The notes: generated by a model from the letters alone, not told the origin. A stretch of 64,000 nt of DNA from Bacteroidota bacterium (GCA_016213435.1 JACRAL010000028.1:2196-66195); one strand, 5' to 3'; shown: positions 38,379-49,500, counted from the first letter of the stretch. Made by a program: numbers and translations.

Positions 38379-39107
38379 ATGTTCGGAGATTTAAATGCAA
38401 CAGAAGAGTACAACAACGCGGGAGCGTTGCTTGGACTGGACGGAGACAACGAGGAACTCGTAGGCGATGTGCTTGGAGTTCTCAAACAAATGAACCCATT
38501 AAAAAGGTGGCGCACGATGAACCGTCTCACCGCGCCCGCGCCTGCAAGCAAAGGAAGCCGAGCTGAAATGGAAAAACATTTCCACGAACTTCCCAAGCAC
38601 ATTCAGGAAGGGTTGAAAAAAGGAGAACTGCGCTTGGCGGACACCGTGATTTATTCCATCAAGCCCGCAAATTCCAAAACCATCAAGCTGTTTGAAACGC
38701 AGGATGTGAGGGAAATCGGATTGAGGAATATTTCCAACGCCAAACTTCCAAAGAACCAAGCTCTGCTTGTGAGCGGAATTATTTTGCTCGCAGGAGTTTC
38801 AGAAAACCAAACTCCCGATGCGGTGATGGCAACTGCTTTTGCAGGAATTGAAACTGTTCCCGCTTTCAGCACAGGAGAGTTTGATTTGAAAGCGAACAAA
38901 AAGCAAATAGTTCCTGAAACAAGCAACAATGTTTTCAAAACCGCTGGCTTCACAATGGTTCCGGCAGGGTATTACAAACTCGCCAACCCTCGCCTCATCC
39001 ACGATGACATCCTGATTGAGCTGACCATTTCGCTCGGCACGATGCAGGGCGTGAACCCCAACGCGCAGATCTGGGCAGGGCTTCACGGAACCATCACCAC
39101 TCCGTAA
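38379..39107 (+). CDS. Hypothetical protein (candidate virion/structural)
   Basis: 242-aa ORF in a co-directional block; no motif recognised. Confidence 0.4.
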   Translation: MFGDLNATEEYNNAGALLGLDGDNEELVGDVLGVLKQMNPLKRWRTMNRLTAPAPASKGSRAEMEKHFHELPKHIQEGLKKGELRLADTVIYSIKPANSKTIKLFETQDVREIGLRNISNAKLPKNQALLVSGIILLAGVSENQTPDAVMATAFAGIETVPAFSTGEFDLKANKKQIVPETSNNVFKTAGFTMVPAGYYKLANPRLIHDDILIELTISLGTMQGVNPNAQIWAGLHGTITTP

Positions 39108-39218
39108 AGCGGTGAATTGGCAAAAAGCAGGTGGCAGAGCGTGCAAATGTAAAATGCAGCCTGCCTCTGCTACGCCAATTTTTTTAAAACGAATGACAAA
39201 CGATTAACAACAAACGCG

Positions 39219-39605
39219 ATGATAAAAACAGAATACAAACGATTTGACCTCAAGGTAACGCAGGCGAATAAAACCGTCTCGCAATCTTTTGAGCTTGACA
39301 AAAATTTTGTCGCGGTGAAAGGAATGATGCTCACTTCTGACAGGCGCGATTTGCTTTTCTTTCGCGGGTCTCAGCGAATTGAAATCAACAAGGACGAATT
39401 ATTTCCATCTGAATACCTGAGTGAAATGCTGATGTCAGGAATAAATGTTCCGATAAACGAGCGGTATCACAATTTAGGAAGCGTTGACACAGGAAATAAA
39501 ATCGTGAAGATGGAATTCACAGACAGCGATGCCTTCGGAACTGCTTTCGCACCCTACACAGTTTACCTCTTTTTAAAATGCGATAAAAAAGATTCAAATG
39601 ATTAA
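39219..39605 (+). CDS. Hypothetical protein
   Basis: 128 aa; overlaps the next gene by 8 nt. Confidence 0.4.
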   Translation: MIKTEYKRFDLKVTQANKTVSQSFELDKNFVAVKGMMLTSDRRDLLFFRGSQRIEINKDELFPSEYLSEMLMSGINVPINERYHNLGSVDTGNKIVKMEFTDSDAFGTAFAPYTVYLFLKCDKKDSND

Positions 39606-40224
39606 GCGAAGAATCATAGCGACAAAAATCAGCATCACCAAACAGGGAGAAATAAAATTCTTTCAGGTGAAAGTTCCATTCGATGCGAAAGTCATTATCG
39701 GGATTGAAACAGCCATGCGCCTGAAAACATTTCGGGTTTTTCCAAGCCAACCGATTTTAGTTCCATTTGATAATCCCTACGGAAATATTGTTGCCTTCAA
39801 CGGAACAGGAAATCCAACTGGTCAGGCAATAAATGGTTCCGGGATTTTTCCGATAAATAATTTTTCACCCTCTCCGATTGATTCACCGATTGGCGCAACA
39901 AGAAATTCTCTTGTCGGTGAATTGAAATTGCAAAGCAGCGATGATTCAAATATTTTTTACGCAACGAATATTTCAGACCCGTCCGTGAAAGAAGGATTGG
40001 ACAAAGTTCCTTCGGTGAATTTCATGATTGAAAATGTGTGGACGCACGGCTACAAACGCCAATTAGAGGAAGTTCTTGTGGATGCAAACACAACGGTTAT
40101 CGCTGGGCTATACAAAGACAGGCTCGGAGAAATGCTGAAGGCGGATGTTTCCTACGATGTCTTCCTATATATATGGTACAAGTTTGAAAAACCCATTGAC
40201 AATGACAATCAACCTTGCTCTTGA
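39598..40224 (+). CDS. Hypothetical protein
   Basis: 208 aa, with a beta-rich G/P/N-rich middle region. Confidence 0.4.
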   Translation: MIKRRIIATKISITKQGEIKFFQVKVPFDAKVIIGIETAMRLKTFRVFPSQPILVPFDNPYGNIVAFNGTGNPTGQAINGSGIFPINNFSPSPIDSPIGATRNSLVGELKLQSSDDSNIFYATNISDPSVKEGLDKVPSVNFMIENVWTHGYKRQLEEVLVDANTTVIAGLYKDRLGEMLKADVSYDVFLYIWYKFEKPIDNDNQPCS

Positions 40225-40522
40225 ATACATCCCGCGAAGAATGGAAGAACTGGGTTTCGGAAACGATTACTACCTGCGCTTCCGGCACTTTGTTCTGCAA
40301 CCCTCAGAACAGTTGGATGTCCCCGCATTCAACCAGTTCTTCATCCTCGTGGAAGAAGCGCAGGACGTGAGCGTGAAATCAGAATTCGGAATTTTTGATT
40401 TGAGTTTGAAGAACGCGAATGAAATGTTATACGAACATCAGGGGCAAATCACATTACAAAACTACGCTTCGGCAGTAAATCATATCCGGTTTATTCAGGT
40501 AATCCCGAAGCATAAAATTTAA
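40202..40522 (+). CDS. Hypothetical protein
   Basis: Internal ATG at 40202 chosen to minimise overlap with the previous gene. Confidence 0.35.
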   Translation: MTINLALEYIPRRMEELGFGNDYYLRFRHFVLQPSEQLDVPAFNQFFILVEEAQDVSVKSEFGIFDLSLKNANEMLYEHQGQITLQNYASAVNHIRFIQVIPKHKI

Positions 40523-40527
40523 AAACA

Positions 40528-40779
40528 ATGAAAACAGAAGAACAAAGTAACGAGAGATTCTTTTTGGAAAAGATGATTTCTGAAAATATAAAGAACCACC
40601 GCATAGAGTGGGAATTGGAGCAAGCAAAAAGTGAATTGACACAAAGCCGGTCTCAACTCTCCGATGCGGAAGAATACATCAGTAAGCTCGAATCGCTGCT
40701 GAAAGAGAAGAAAGAGAAAATAGAAAAACTGGAAGCACACGCAATCGCGCTTCAGTTTATACAGCTCTTGTGGCAGTAA
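40528..40779 (+). CDS. Small coiled-coil protein
   Basis: 83 aa with heptad-rich E/K/L sequence. Confidence 0.4.
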   Translation: MKTEEQSNERFFLEKMISENIKNHRIEWELEQAKSELTQSRSQLSDAEEYISKLESLLKEKKEKIEKLEAHAIALQFIQLLWQ

Positions 40780-40827
40780 ATCACATACGATTAATAAACG
40801 TTATTCCAAAGCATAAAACGAAATAAA

Positions 40828-41631
40828 ATGGAAGAAAAACAAAAGGAAAATCCGATTTCTAAAAAATATTCTCCTTTCAATCTCGAACAGTTTAAAAACT
40901 GGTTGAAGGATATGAAAGAAAAAGGAGAGACAAAATACATTGAAGTTTATGTGGACGATTTCAAAGTCGTCTCCAAAACGGATAACCCCGACCACTTCGA
41001 CAGCCACGAACAGTTTGTAGATGATGAGACGGAAAAAATAAGGGTGCTTGTTTACAACACGGAAAAATCCAACCGCTCCAAGCAGCACATTTTTAAATTG
41101 AAAGATTCTTCCCAGTCGTTGAACGGGATTGAAGTGGAAAAGAAAATTGAAGACGGAATAAACAAGGGACTGAAAGCAATGGAGGAAAAACTTCTCTGCG
41201 ACCAAGTGAAGAAGGAACTTGAGGACACAAAATTCAAGTTAAAGGAATCGGAAGAATGGAATGAAAAGCTCGAAGGTGTCATTGAGGAAACGAAAAAGAA
41301 ACTGGAGGATGCAAAAGGAATGTCCGATTTCACAGGGATTATCAAAGACCTGGCACTCCCTCATATTCTCGGAAAAAAATCGGAAGAAAAATCTTCCCTC
41401 TCAGGAAACGAAAAGCCAAAGGAGGAAGCGAGCTTCAAAATGAAATCCTCTGAAGAAAGCGGCTTATCGGAAGATGACAAATTCTATTTGGATTTCGGAG
41501 GCAAAATGAAAGCCGCTTTTTCAAAAGAAGAATTTGACATGGTGTTCGACATCATTGGGGAATTCGTGAAAGATAAAACCAACATCAAACCCGTAACGGA
41601 ATTATTAAACATTAACCAAATAAAAAAATAA
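40828..41631 (+). CDS. Acidic coiled-coil protein
   Basis: 267 aa, E/K-rich (scaffold-like). Confidence 0.45.
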   Translation: MEEKQKENPISKKYSPFNLEQFKNWLKDMKEKGETKYIEVYVDDFKVVSKTDNPDHFDSHEQFVDDETEKIRVLVYNTEKSNRSKQHIFKLKDSSQSLNGIEVEKKIEDGINKGLKAMEEKLLCDQVKKELEDTKFKLKESEEWNEKLEGVIEETKKKLEDAKGMSDFTGIIKDLALPHILGKKSEEKSSLSGNEKPKEEASFKMKSSEESGLSEDDKFYLDFGGKMKAAFSKEEFDMVFDIIGEFVKDKTNIKPVTELLNINQIKK

Positions 41632-41635
41632 CAAA

Positions 41636-42001
41636 ATGGAAAAACTGAATTATCAAATTTCATTCTACGCAGAAGATGAAATCGAAGCGTACGAACGGCT
41701 TAAAAAATTCCTGCTTCGCAATTTCCCTCCTTATTACAGGGTAAAACTTCTGGAACCGGAAGAAGTCATCGAAACGGAGATTGACAAAATGTTTGAGGAA
41801 TTATACGGAGGACTGAATAAACAAAAACCCAAAGAAACGGAAGTTCCAAAAGAAACTGAAAAGGAAAAGTTTCTGAAAGGTTTAATGGAATTTGAAACGG
41901 TCATTCAAATCATCGGAAAATGCCTGAGCGATGAAACCGCCCTTGACCGAATCGCAAAGATGTTCGGAATAAATGTTAAACCTGAAACAACAAAACCCTG
42001 A
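41636..42001 (+). CDS. Hypothetical protein
   Basis: 121 aa; its stop overlaps the next start (ATGA). Confidence 0.4.
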   Translation: MEKLNYQISFYAEDEIEAYERLKKFLLRNFPPYYRVKLLEPEEVIETEIDKMFEELYGGLNKQKPKETEVPKETEKEKFLKGLMEFETVIQIIGKCLSDETALDRIAKMFGINVKPETTKP

Positions 42002-42183
42002 TGAAAAAATTCAACTGTGATTTTTCCGTACCTGCAAACACGCAGGCGGAAGCCGAAATGAAGATGGACGCGCTGACCATACTTGCCACCTTCCTTACTG
42101 CGGATGAGCTGAAAAAACTGGCGCACGTTGTAAAAAATGACCCGATAAAAACATCATTGGCAAAATCCTATCTCGGAGTATAA
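42001..42183 (+). CDS. Hypothetical small protein
   Basis: 60 aa, translationally coupled with neighbours. Confidence 0.3.
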   Translation: MKKFNCDFSVPANTQAEAEMKMDALTILATFLTADELKKLAHVVKNDPIKTSLAKSYLGV

Positions 42184-42184
42184 A

Positions 42185-42880
42185 ATGAAAACGCTTGGCA
42201 ATAAGGAAAAGGAAGATTTCACTCTGAAGGAAAAGCTCCTTTATGCAGGCGGGACAGTTGTCGTAACGCTGGGGACATTCTTTCTCGGAAGAAAAATAAT
42301 TCGCGGTGCTGTTTCAAACAGCGAGGAGAAAAGGACTTTCGATGAGAATTCCCCAGCGACTTACGCCAAGAGAATCAAAATGGCTTTTGATAATGATGGA
42401 TGGTTCGGAACGAACACGCCTGAACTGAGAAAAATTCTGATTGAGATTCCGAGCAAGAAAGCGATGACACAGGTTTCCAATTCCTATCAGAAACTTTATC
42501 ACTCTCCTCTTTACAAGGACATGGCAGATGAACTTCAAAGCACGGAGTACAATGAGATGCTTGCGATTGTAAATGCCAAGCCCGACAGGATTGAAAAAAG
42601 AAAAAAAGGAAATGCTCCGAACAAACCTACTGCAACGCAATATGAGGATTGGGCAAAGCGGATGAAGGCGGCATTTGATAAATCCTACGGACCATTCCCC
42701 GGTACAGATGAAGATGCAGTCAAAGCGGTGTTTACCGAGATGCCAACGCAAGACGCATTTGTTGAAACAGCAAAAGCATATTTCAAACTATACAACAGCA
42801 ATATGCTTGACGACTTAAAGAGCGAAATGGACGACTGGCAGGACTACATGAAAATAATAACATCGAAACCTCAGAAATAA
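42185..42880 (+). CDS. Membrane-anchored protein with two annexin-like repeats (bacterial annexin)
   Basis: N-terminal transmembrane helix. Two ~70-aa repeats follow: 'YAKRIKMAFDNDGWFGTNTPELRKILIEIPSKKAMTQVSNSYQKLY...' and 'WAKRMKAAFDKSYGPFPGTDEDAVKAVFTEMPTQDAFVETAKAYFKLYNSNMLDDLKSEM'. Both match the annexin repeat consensus, including 'GTDE'. Confidence 0.55.
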   Translation: MKTLGNKEKEDFTLKEKLLYAGGTVVVTLGTFFLGRKIIRGAVSNSEEKRTFDENSPATYAKRIKMAFDNDGWFGTNTPELRKILIEIPSKKAMTQVSNSYQKLYHSPLYKDMADELQSTEYNEMLAIVNAKPDRIEKRKKGNAPNKPTATQYEDWAKRMKAAFDKSYGPFPGTDEDAVKAVFTEMPTQDAFVETAKAYFKLYNSNMLDDLKSEMDDWQDYMKIITSKPQK

Positions 42881-42881
42881 A

Positions 42882-43775
42882 ATGGAAAAGGAAAAACCAA
42901 ACAAGAAGAAAAAATTCCTTCTCATAGGATTAGGAGTTGCGGCAACGGGATTACTCAGCTATTTCGGTTGGGAATATTATCAGAAGAAGAAAAAAGAAAA
43001 AGAAGGTAATGCTGATGATTCATCATCCGACACCGATACTCAGCCAGTCATTCCGCAGAAAAGCACATTCGCACCGAAATTTTTTACGCAACCGCAAACA
43101 CGGAACGATGATTTTCCATTGAAGAAAGGAAGCAAGGGAGCAAAAGTGAAATCAGTACAGGATGCTCTTATTGCAAAAAATGGAAAAGGAATTCTTCCGC
43201 GTTACGGAGCCGATGGAGATTTCGGAAGCGAAATGGTTACCGCTCTGAAGAAACTCAACCTGCCCGACACCATTGATGAAACTACTTACAATGTAATCGT
43301 GCAGTCATCCTCATCTTCTTTTGATGCAGGCGCACTTGCCAAAGCTCTCTACAAAGATGCCGTGAACAAAAACATCAATGGAGTTATCAATTCCCTGAAG
43401 AAGATGAGTACGAAAGACGATTACACCGCAGTCAGCAACGAATTCAAAAAACTCAGCCTGCGCGGAGTAAGCCAAACGCTTGTGAACGGATTGCTCGGCA
43501 GTTTCCCGGACGAAAATCAGAAACAGCAAATCCGTTTGGAGTTTTCACGGATGGGTTTGAAGTACGATGGAAAAAAATGGTCGCTTTCAGGATTGGATGG
43601 ATTCAAAGTAATCACTACTGAGGCTACAACCGTTTGGAGAACTCCGAATGAAGGCGCGAAAGTTCCCGCGAAAATGATTTTAGGAACTGAAATAGCTACG
43701 AGTAAAGGATTCACCCTTTTTGAAAACAACGGAAGAAAATTCATAGTCAAAACATCAACGATAAAATATTTATAA
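42882..43775 (+). CDS. Membrane-anchored peptidoglycan-binding (PG_binding_1) domain protein
   Basis: N-terminal transmembrane helix. 'LKKGSKGAKVKSVQDALIAKNGKGILPRYGADGDFGSEMVTALKKLNLPDT' fits the PG_binding_1 consensus. The C-terminus has a weak annexin-like repeat. Confidence 0.55.
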   Translation: MEKEKPNKKKKFLLIGLGVAATGLLSYFGWEYYQKKKKEKEGNADDSSSDTDTQPVIPQKSTFAPKFFTQPQTRNDDFPLKKGSKGAKVKSVQDALIAKNGKGILPRYGADGDFGSEMVTALKKLNLPDTIDETTYNVIVQSSSSSFDAGALAKALYKDAVNKNINGVINSLKKMSTKDDYTAVSNEFKKLSLRGVSQTLVNGLLGSFPDENQKQQIRLEFSRMGLKYDGKKWSLSGLDGFKVITTEATTVWRTPNEGAKVPAKMILGTEIATSKGFTLFENNGRKFIVKTSTIKYL

Positions 43776-43788
43776 AAAACAAAACACA

Positions 43789-44226
43789 ATGAGAATAATA
43801 AATTTCATCGTGGTGCATTGCACCGCCACACCGCCAACGGCAACAGTTGAGGCGATAAAAAAATACTGGAAGGAAGTAAAAAAATGGGGCGACACGCCCG
43901 GCTATCACTACTTGATTCACCGTGATGGAGAAATCGAGCAACTGCTTGACGAAAGCAGAATGAGCTACGGAGCATACGGACACAATCCCGAATGCGTACA
44001 TATTTCTTACATCGGGGGAATTGACAAAGACGGAAAACCGATTGACAACCGGACTTCCGCGCAGAAACATTCCATGTTCGATAAGCTCATGGAGCTTTCT
44101 GAAAAATATCCGCAGGCAAAAATTCTCGGACACAGGGATTTTCCAAATGTGGCGAAAGCGTGTCCGAGTTTTGATGTGAGAGAATGGCTACGCAATTACG
44201 AACCCGATTTAAAAGGCGCAGCATGA
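43789..44226 (+). CDS. N-acetylmuramoyl-L-alanine amidase (Amidase_2 / PGRP / T7-lysozyme family)
   Basis: 'IVVHCTATPP', 'GYHYLIHRDGEIEQL', 'HISYIGG' and 'CPSFD'; 145 aa, like phage endolysins. Confidence 0.85.
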   Translation: MRIINFIVVHCTATPPTATVEAIKKYWKEVKKWGDTPGYHYLIHRDGEIEQLLDESRMSYGAYGHNPECVHISYIGGIDKDGKPIDNRTSAQKHSMFDKLMELSEKYPQAKILGHRDFPNVAKACPSFDVREWLRNYEPDLKGAA

Positions 44227-44891
44227 TTTTTCCGAGAGTAAAATCCATACTTCGCAGAAACGGTTATGTGTTGCACACGCGCCCTTACGAACTGAACATC
44301 GTGGGAGTTCGCACACGAAGCACAATTCCTAATCGCTTTGATGATGAGATACACGTTTTCTACAAATCAAAACCAACGAAATGGGAGTATCACATTTTTA
44401 AGGCGACAACGGACCCCGGGACATTTTGGTTGGAGAATCCGATGCAACCACAGGGGACAGCCATACTTGCACAAGGGCAATATGTAAATGCCTACCAAAT
44501 CGGAATGCACTTGGGAAAATACAAAGCCCTCGTGCAAGTGGCTCCCGTTGCTATCATGCGCGACTATAACCGCAATGCGAAGTTGGATTTTCTCAACGGA
44601 AAAAAAGAAGAAGGAATTTACGGAATCAACATTCACAGGGCAATGGCACAGGGGAAAACAAAATACATAGACAAGTTTTCCGCAGGATGCCAGGTCTTTC
44701 AAAGCGCAGAGGACTTTGAACATTTTATGGAGATGTGTGATAAGCATAGCAAGTTGTACGGAAACCGATTCACTTACACCTTGCTTGACTTTCGCGCCCT
44801 GCGGAGAGAATCCATCAAAAGAATTGTAATCGGAACATTAACTCTCGGTTTGGGATTAATCGGATATATCAACTACGACACCAATGAATGA
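44223..44891 (+). CDS. Hypothetical protein (possible second cell-wall-active domain)
   Basis: Start overlaps the amidase stop (ATGA); a conserved Cys in 'FSAGCQVF'; no confident family. Confidence 0.4.
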   Translation: MIFPRVKSILRRNGYVLHTRPYELNIVGVRTRSTIPNRFDDEIHVFYKSKPTKWEYHIFKATTDPGTFWLENPMQPQGTAILAQGQYVNAYQIGMHLGKYKALVQVAPVAIMRDYNRNAKLDFLNGKKEEGIYGINIHRAMAQGKTKYIDKFSAGCQVFQSAEDFEHFMEMCDKHSKLYGNRFTYTLLDFRALRRESIKRIVIGTLTLGLGLIGYINYDTNE

Positions 44892-45126
44892 TTTCATAAA
44901 ACAATTAATGAAGGACAAAGAGGGAAATTATTCTCTCAGGGAAGCAGTAACACTTGTGTTTGTCGCGGCTACGCTCGTGAGTTGGCTCGCACAGCAATTT
45001 TTCTCAGTAGCAGTTCCCGAATATATGTTTTACTCTTTCGTCAGCATCATCGGTGCAGGTTGCTTCGGTTATTCCATCGAGAAGAAAACAAAAACATTTA
45101 CTAACGAAAAAAACGAAAACCCATGA
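44884..45126 (+). CDS. Holin-like small membrane protein (2 TM)
   Basis: 80 aa with two hydrophobic helices and a charged C-terminus; follows the amidase. Confidence 0.4.
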   Translation: MNDFIKQLMKDKEGNYSLREAVTLVFVAATLVSWLAQQFFSVAVPEYMFYSFVSIIGAGCFGYSIEKKTKTFTNEKNENP

Positions 45127-45809
45127 TTGACTTTTTAACAGAAACCAAAATCAAAATCCTGAACAAGCGTACTGTAATCATTACATTCATGTTCGGTTTT
45201 TTTTCCGCGCTTTCTTCCTTGCTCCTTTATCATTCGATAGAGGGCTTTAAAAGCGAATTGAAAGAATCCAAGATTGTAATAAAGGAAATGACCGCTCAGG
45301 TAAGTTCCATTGAAAGCAATTATCAATCACAGCTTCAATACTGGATTCGGAAAAACAATTACCTGCAAGAGCAGATTCAGAAAACTGATTTTGCTTTGAC
45401 AGAATCAAAGCAAAAAGAAAAATCCTTGCAGGGAAAAATTCTGGGATTGATTTCAGAAAGCAAAACCCTGACCGATACTTCTGAAATAATTTCCAACTGC
45501 GGTTCGATAAAAGAAAAAACAGAACAATTTATTTCAGAAACTAATTCGAGAGATAGTTTATGTGATACGGAAATTACCGAATTGAAAATTGTAATTCAGA
45601 ACAAGGATTCTGCTATGGCAGTATGTCAAAACAGTTTCTCCATACTGAAACAAGTTACGGATTCATCCCTCACGTTTCAAAACAAACTAACGGATGAACT
45701 GAAACTTGCCGATAAGAAAATAAGGCGGGGAAATATCAAATCAAAATTTCTAACCGCAGGCATAATGATTCTATCCGGGGTAACAACCACTCTATTATTG
45801 AAAAAATGA
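45123..45809 (+). CDS. Spanin-like coiled-coil membrane protein
   Basis: N- and C-terminal transmembrane helices flank a ~160-aa coiled coil; sits within the lysis-like cassette. Confidence 0.4.
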   Translation: MIDFLTETKIKILNKRTVIITFMFGFFSALSSLLLYHSIEGFKSELKESKIVIKEMTAQVSSIESNYQSQLQYWIRKNNYLQEQIQKTDFALTESKQKEKSLQGKILGLISESKTLTDTSEIISNCGSIKEKTEQFISETNSRDSLCDTEITELKIVIQNKDSAMAVCQNSFSILKQVTDSSLTFQNKLTDELKLADKKIRRGNIKSKFLTAGIMILSGVTTTLLLKK

Positions 45810-46018
45810 AAGCACCCATGAAAGAAAAGGTGATTGTATCGTCTCTCACCTTGATAACATCGCTTACAGGATATTTCTACGCCAAGAGTGCAGAGAAAGA
45901 TGTTGTGCCTTACATGATGGTAAGCGGCTTTCTCGGTGCAATTCTCGGTGAAGCAATCGCTCACACCTTTTTCTCAGACGACAACGATAAAAATAACAAA
46001 CCTAAAAAACCAAAGTAA
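45806..46018 (+). CDS. Small membrane protein (2 TM)
   Basis: 70 aa with a basic C-terminus. Confidence 0.35.
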   Translation: MKAPMKEKVIVSSLTLITSLTGYFYAKSAEKDVVPYMMVSGFLGAILGEAIAHTFFSDDNDKNNKPKKPK

Positions 46019-46020
46019 CA

Positions 46021-46571
46021 TGACAGCATTTGCAACACAAATCCTAAACAACGGAGCCTCGCTGAAAATTATTTCAGCCGATGGAACTCGTAATATTTTG
46101 AAAAATCAAATCCATGAAGTGAGCGTAATCAACGACACGGTAATTAAAATTGATATTGGTCAGGGAGCGTTGAACAATATCTTCATCAATTTTCCCGAAG
46201 TCAGCAATCCTCAAACGCCAACTCCTGATGCACTCGTGGATGCAATCAACATAATGCTTCAAAATACTATTGTAATTCCTCCCGGCATTTCCACCGAGCT
46301 GAACCAACAAAAGGAAATTACGGACTTGGACAGCATAAAATCTTCCTTGCTGTTTCAGGCTCCGCAGATTTCCGATGAAACGAATCCGAAAACTATTTAT
46401 AAAGGATTCGCAGTTCCCGGCTCAAGAACTTCTGATGCAGTTTGGGCGATTCAGAAAATCACAAACAACAGGGGAATCTACACTTACCTGTGGGCGGGTG
46501 GAAATCAAAACTTTGACAAGGTTTGGGACAACCGAGCAACATTAATTTATCCGCCAAGTGCTAATGCGTAA
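46021..46571 (+). CDS. Hypothetical protein
   Basis: ATG at 46021 within the listed ORF 45936..46571; ends by overlapping the giant gene start. Confidence 0.4.
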
Positions 46572-49500
46572 GCATAAACCATATCAGGTAAAACCCGAAA
46601 TGATTTTCACGCTTGGGTATTTGCAGCAAGGCGAGATACCCGAAGTGAAACTGCGATTGAACAGGTCTTCCCGAAAAAAACTTTTCGGGAAGATTGGTTC
46701 ATCGAAAGATGTAGCAGATTTCATCCGTAAGATTTATAAACGCGGTGAAATTGAATTGCAGGAACAATTTATCGTGCTGTATCTCGACAGGGGAAATAAT
46801 ATTATTGGATTTTACAGGCATACCACAGGTGCGATAAGCGGAACGATTGCCGATGTGAGAATTATTCTTGCGGCTGCTTTGAAAAGCGCAAGCACTTCCA
46901 TTATTATAGCTCACAATCATCCAAGCGGAAACCTTCAACCAAGCCAAGCAGACATTGACCTCACAAAAAAGATAAAGGAAAGTGCGAACACAATGGATAT
47001 TTCCCTGCTTGACCATGTGATTGTAACAAAGGATGGTTATTATTCCTTCGGAGATGAAGGATTGGTTGGCTTGGAAGAAAATGAAATCGGTTTTGTAAAC
47101 AGCAAGCTCAAGCCGGATATCAATAAAGTGATTCAAGGCGATGTTCTCGAAACCCTAAAAGATTTTCCCGATGAGAGCGTGGACTGTGTTATCACTTCAC
47201 CTCCGTACTGGCAACTGCGCGACTATGGATGGAAAGGGCAATGGGGCTTGGAAAAAACTTTTGACAAGTACCTTGAGAATCTTTGGAAACTCATGGATGA
47301 AATCAGGCGCGTACTTAAACCGAAAGGAACTGTTTGGATTAATCTTGGCGACACTTACGGAACACAGTCGGGAACGGGCCGGGGAACGCAGTACATCAGC
47401 AAAAGCACAAAGCACCATGTAGAAAACGGAGCAACTCTCATCAAAGGAAAAGCTCCGCATAAATCACAATTATTAATTCCGCATCGCTTCGCTATCGGGT
47501 GTATGGAACGCGGATGGATTGTACGCAATGATATTATTTGGGCGAAGAAAAATTCAATGCCTGAAAGCGTGAAAGACCGTTTTGCAAAAAAGCATGAGTA
47601 CGTTTTCTTGATGGTAAAAGAAAAGGATTATTATTTCGATTTGGACAGCGTGAGAGAACCGCATAAGGCAGAATCAGTCGAGAGAACAAAGCGCGGATGG
47701 AACGGACACAGGGAAAAAGGAAGTTCGTATGAAAACATGGATGAAAAAAAGATGTGCCACCCTGACGGAAAGAATCCCGGAGACATTTCTGATTTTTGGA
47801 AAATTCAAAACAAAGGCGGACACGATAAACACTATGCAAAATACAGTTCCGACTTACTCACCAAGCCGATTCTTGCAGGTTGTCCCAAAGGCGGAATTGT
47901 ACTGGACCCGTTCTGCGGGACTGCAAGCACAGGCGTAAGGGCGATTGAACTCGGAAGAAAATTCATCGGCATTGAAGGGAAGAAAGAATACTGCCACATA
48001 GCCGAAAAGAATCTGAAAAATATTTCCCTGAACGGATTGGGATTACTCAGCACTATTCCCAAGTGGCAGTTCGTTGAAAAAGTTGAAAAGGATTTGGAGA
48101 AAAAAATTTCCTACAACAAACGCTCTATTGAAAAACTTGCAGCAACCTTCGGAATCCACGATAAAACTTTGGTGAAGGAACTTACAGAACTTGCTATTGT
48201 ACGCAGGGCAAGATCCCTCGCGCACAGTCAGGAAAGCGAAAAGGAAAAATTTGATTCCATTGTTGAGCTATACAACAGCCAGGTCAATCTTTCCCACCGC
48301 ACAAGCCAAAGTATTTTATTGCAACAATATTCTACGCCCGCGCCAATCACATTCCTCGCAGGAATATTTGTTGGCGCGGACAAAGGCGTTTCTGTTTTTG
48401 AACCAAGCGCAGGAAATGGATTATTGACGATTGCAGGAACAGAGCAGAATATTATTGTAAATGAAATTGATTCTGTACGCAGGGAAAATCTGCACACGCA
48501 GGGGTACAAAATGGTTTTGAACCGCGATGCGACAAAACCATTTCCTGAGTTTTATCAAAAGATGAGCGCAGTTATTACCAATCCCCCTTTCGGTACGCTT
48601 GATACCGAAGTGATGTACGATAACTTTCCGATTAAAACGCTCGACCACCTGATGGCTCTGCGTGCGCTCGATACGATGAGGGACAACGGAAAGGCATCCA
48701 TCATAATCGGTGGGCACACGCAATGGGATGAGAAAGGCAGAATACAGGCAGGAAAGAACCGAATCTTTTTCAATTATCTGTATAGCCGCTATAACGTAAT
48801 TGACGTAATCAATATTGACGGCAGTTTATATTCACGGCAGGGAACATCCTTCGATGTGAGATTGATTTTGATTGACGGCAGAAAAAAAAATCCGCAGGGA
48901 GCCGCGCCTGTAAAAAATTCCGAACTATCTAATACTGTAAAAACATTTGATGCTTTATACGAAAGGGTGAACGATGCAATTAGCGCAAGCGGGCTTTCGG
49001 AAATCAAAAGATTCAATTCTCTGAAAGAAAAATATCCCGATGTGGTTTTGCTTTTAAATACAGGAAGTTTTTACGAAACATTCGGGGAAGATGCTGTTGC
49101 AACCTCAAAAATTATCGGAACTGTTTTATCGCATCGCAACGGTATTCCCGTAACGGGCTTCCCGCTTGTTTCCCTCGACAGTTATTTATCAAAACTCGTG
49201 AGAAGCGGAAACAAAGTAGCGATTGCCGATGAATTACAAAATCCAAAATCAATGAAACAAAATATTTCTTCTTTAGAACGCGAAGCATTGGCTTTGCAAA
49301 GACAACTTTTAGGCGAGGAACTTGGCTCGCCCTACATTCCCGCTTCCGAATCCTGCGTTGTGCTGAATACGCAAGTTCCCGATTCGATGAGCTTTGAAAC
49401 GCAGAAAGCACTCGAACAAATCCGTGAAGAAGTTGGCGGAGACATTGATGCGTTTGTACGGCATAGATTAAATTTTCGTAGTAAGATGGAACTCTGCAAG

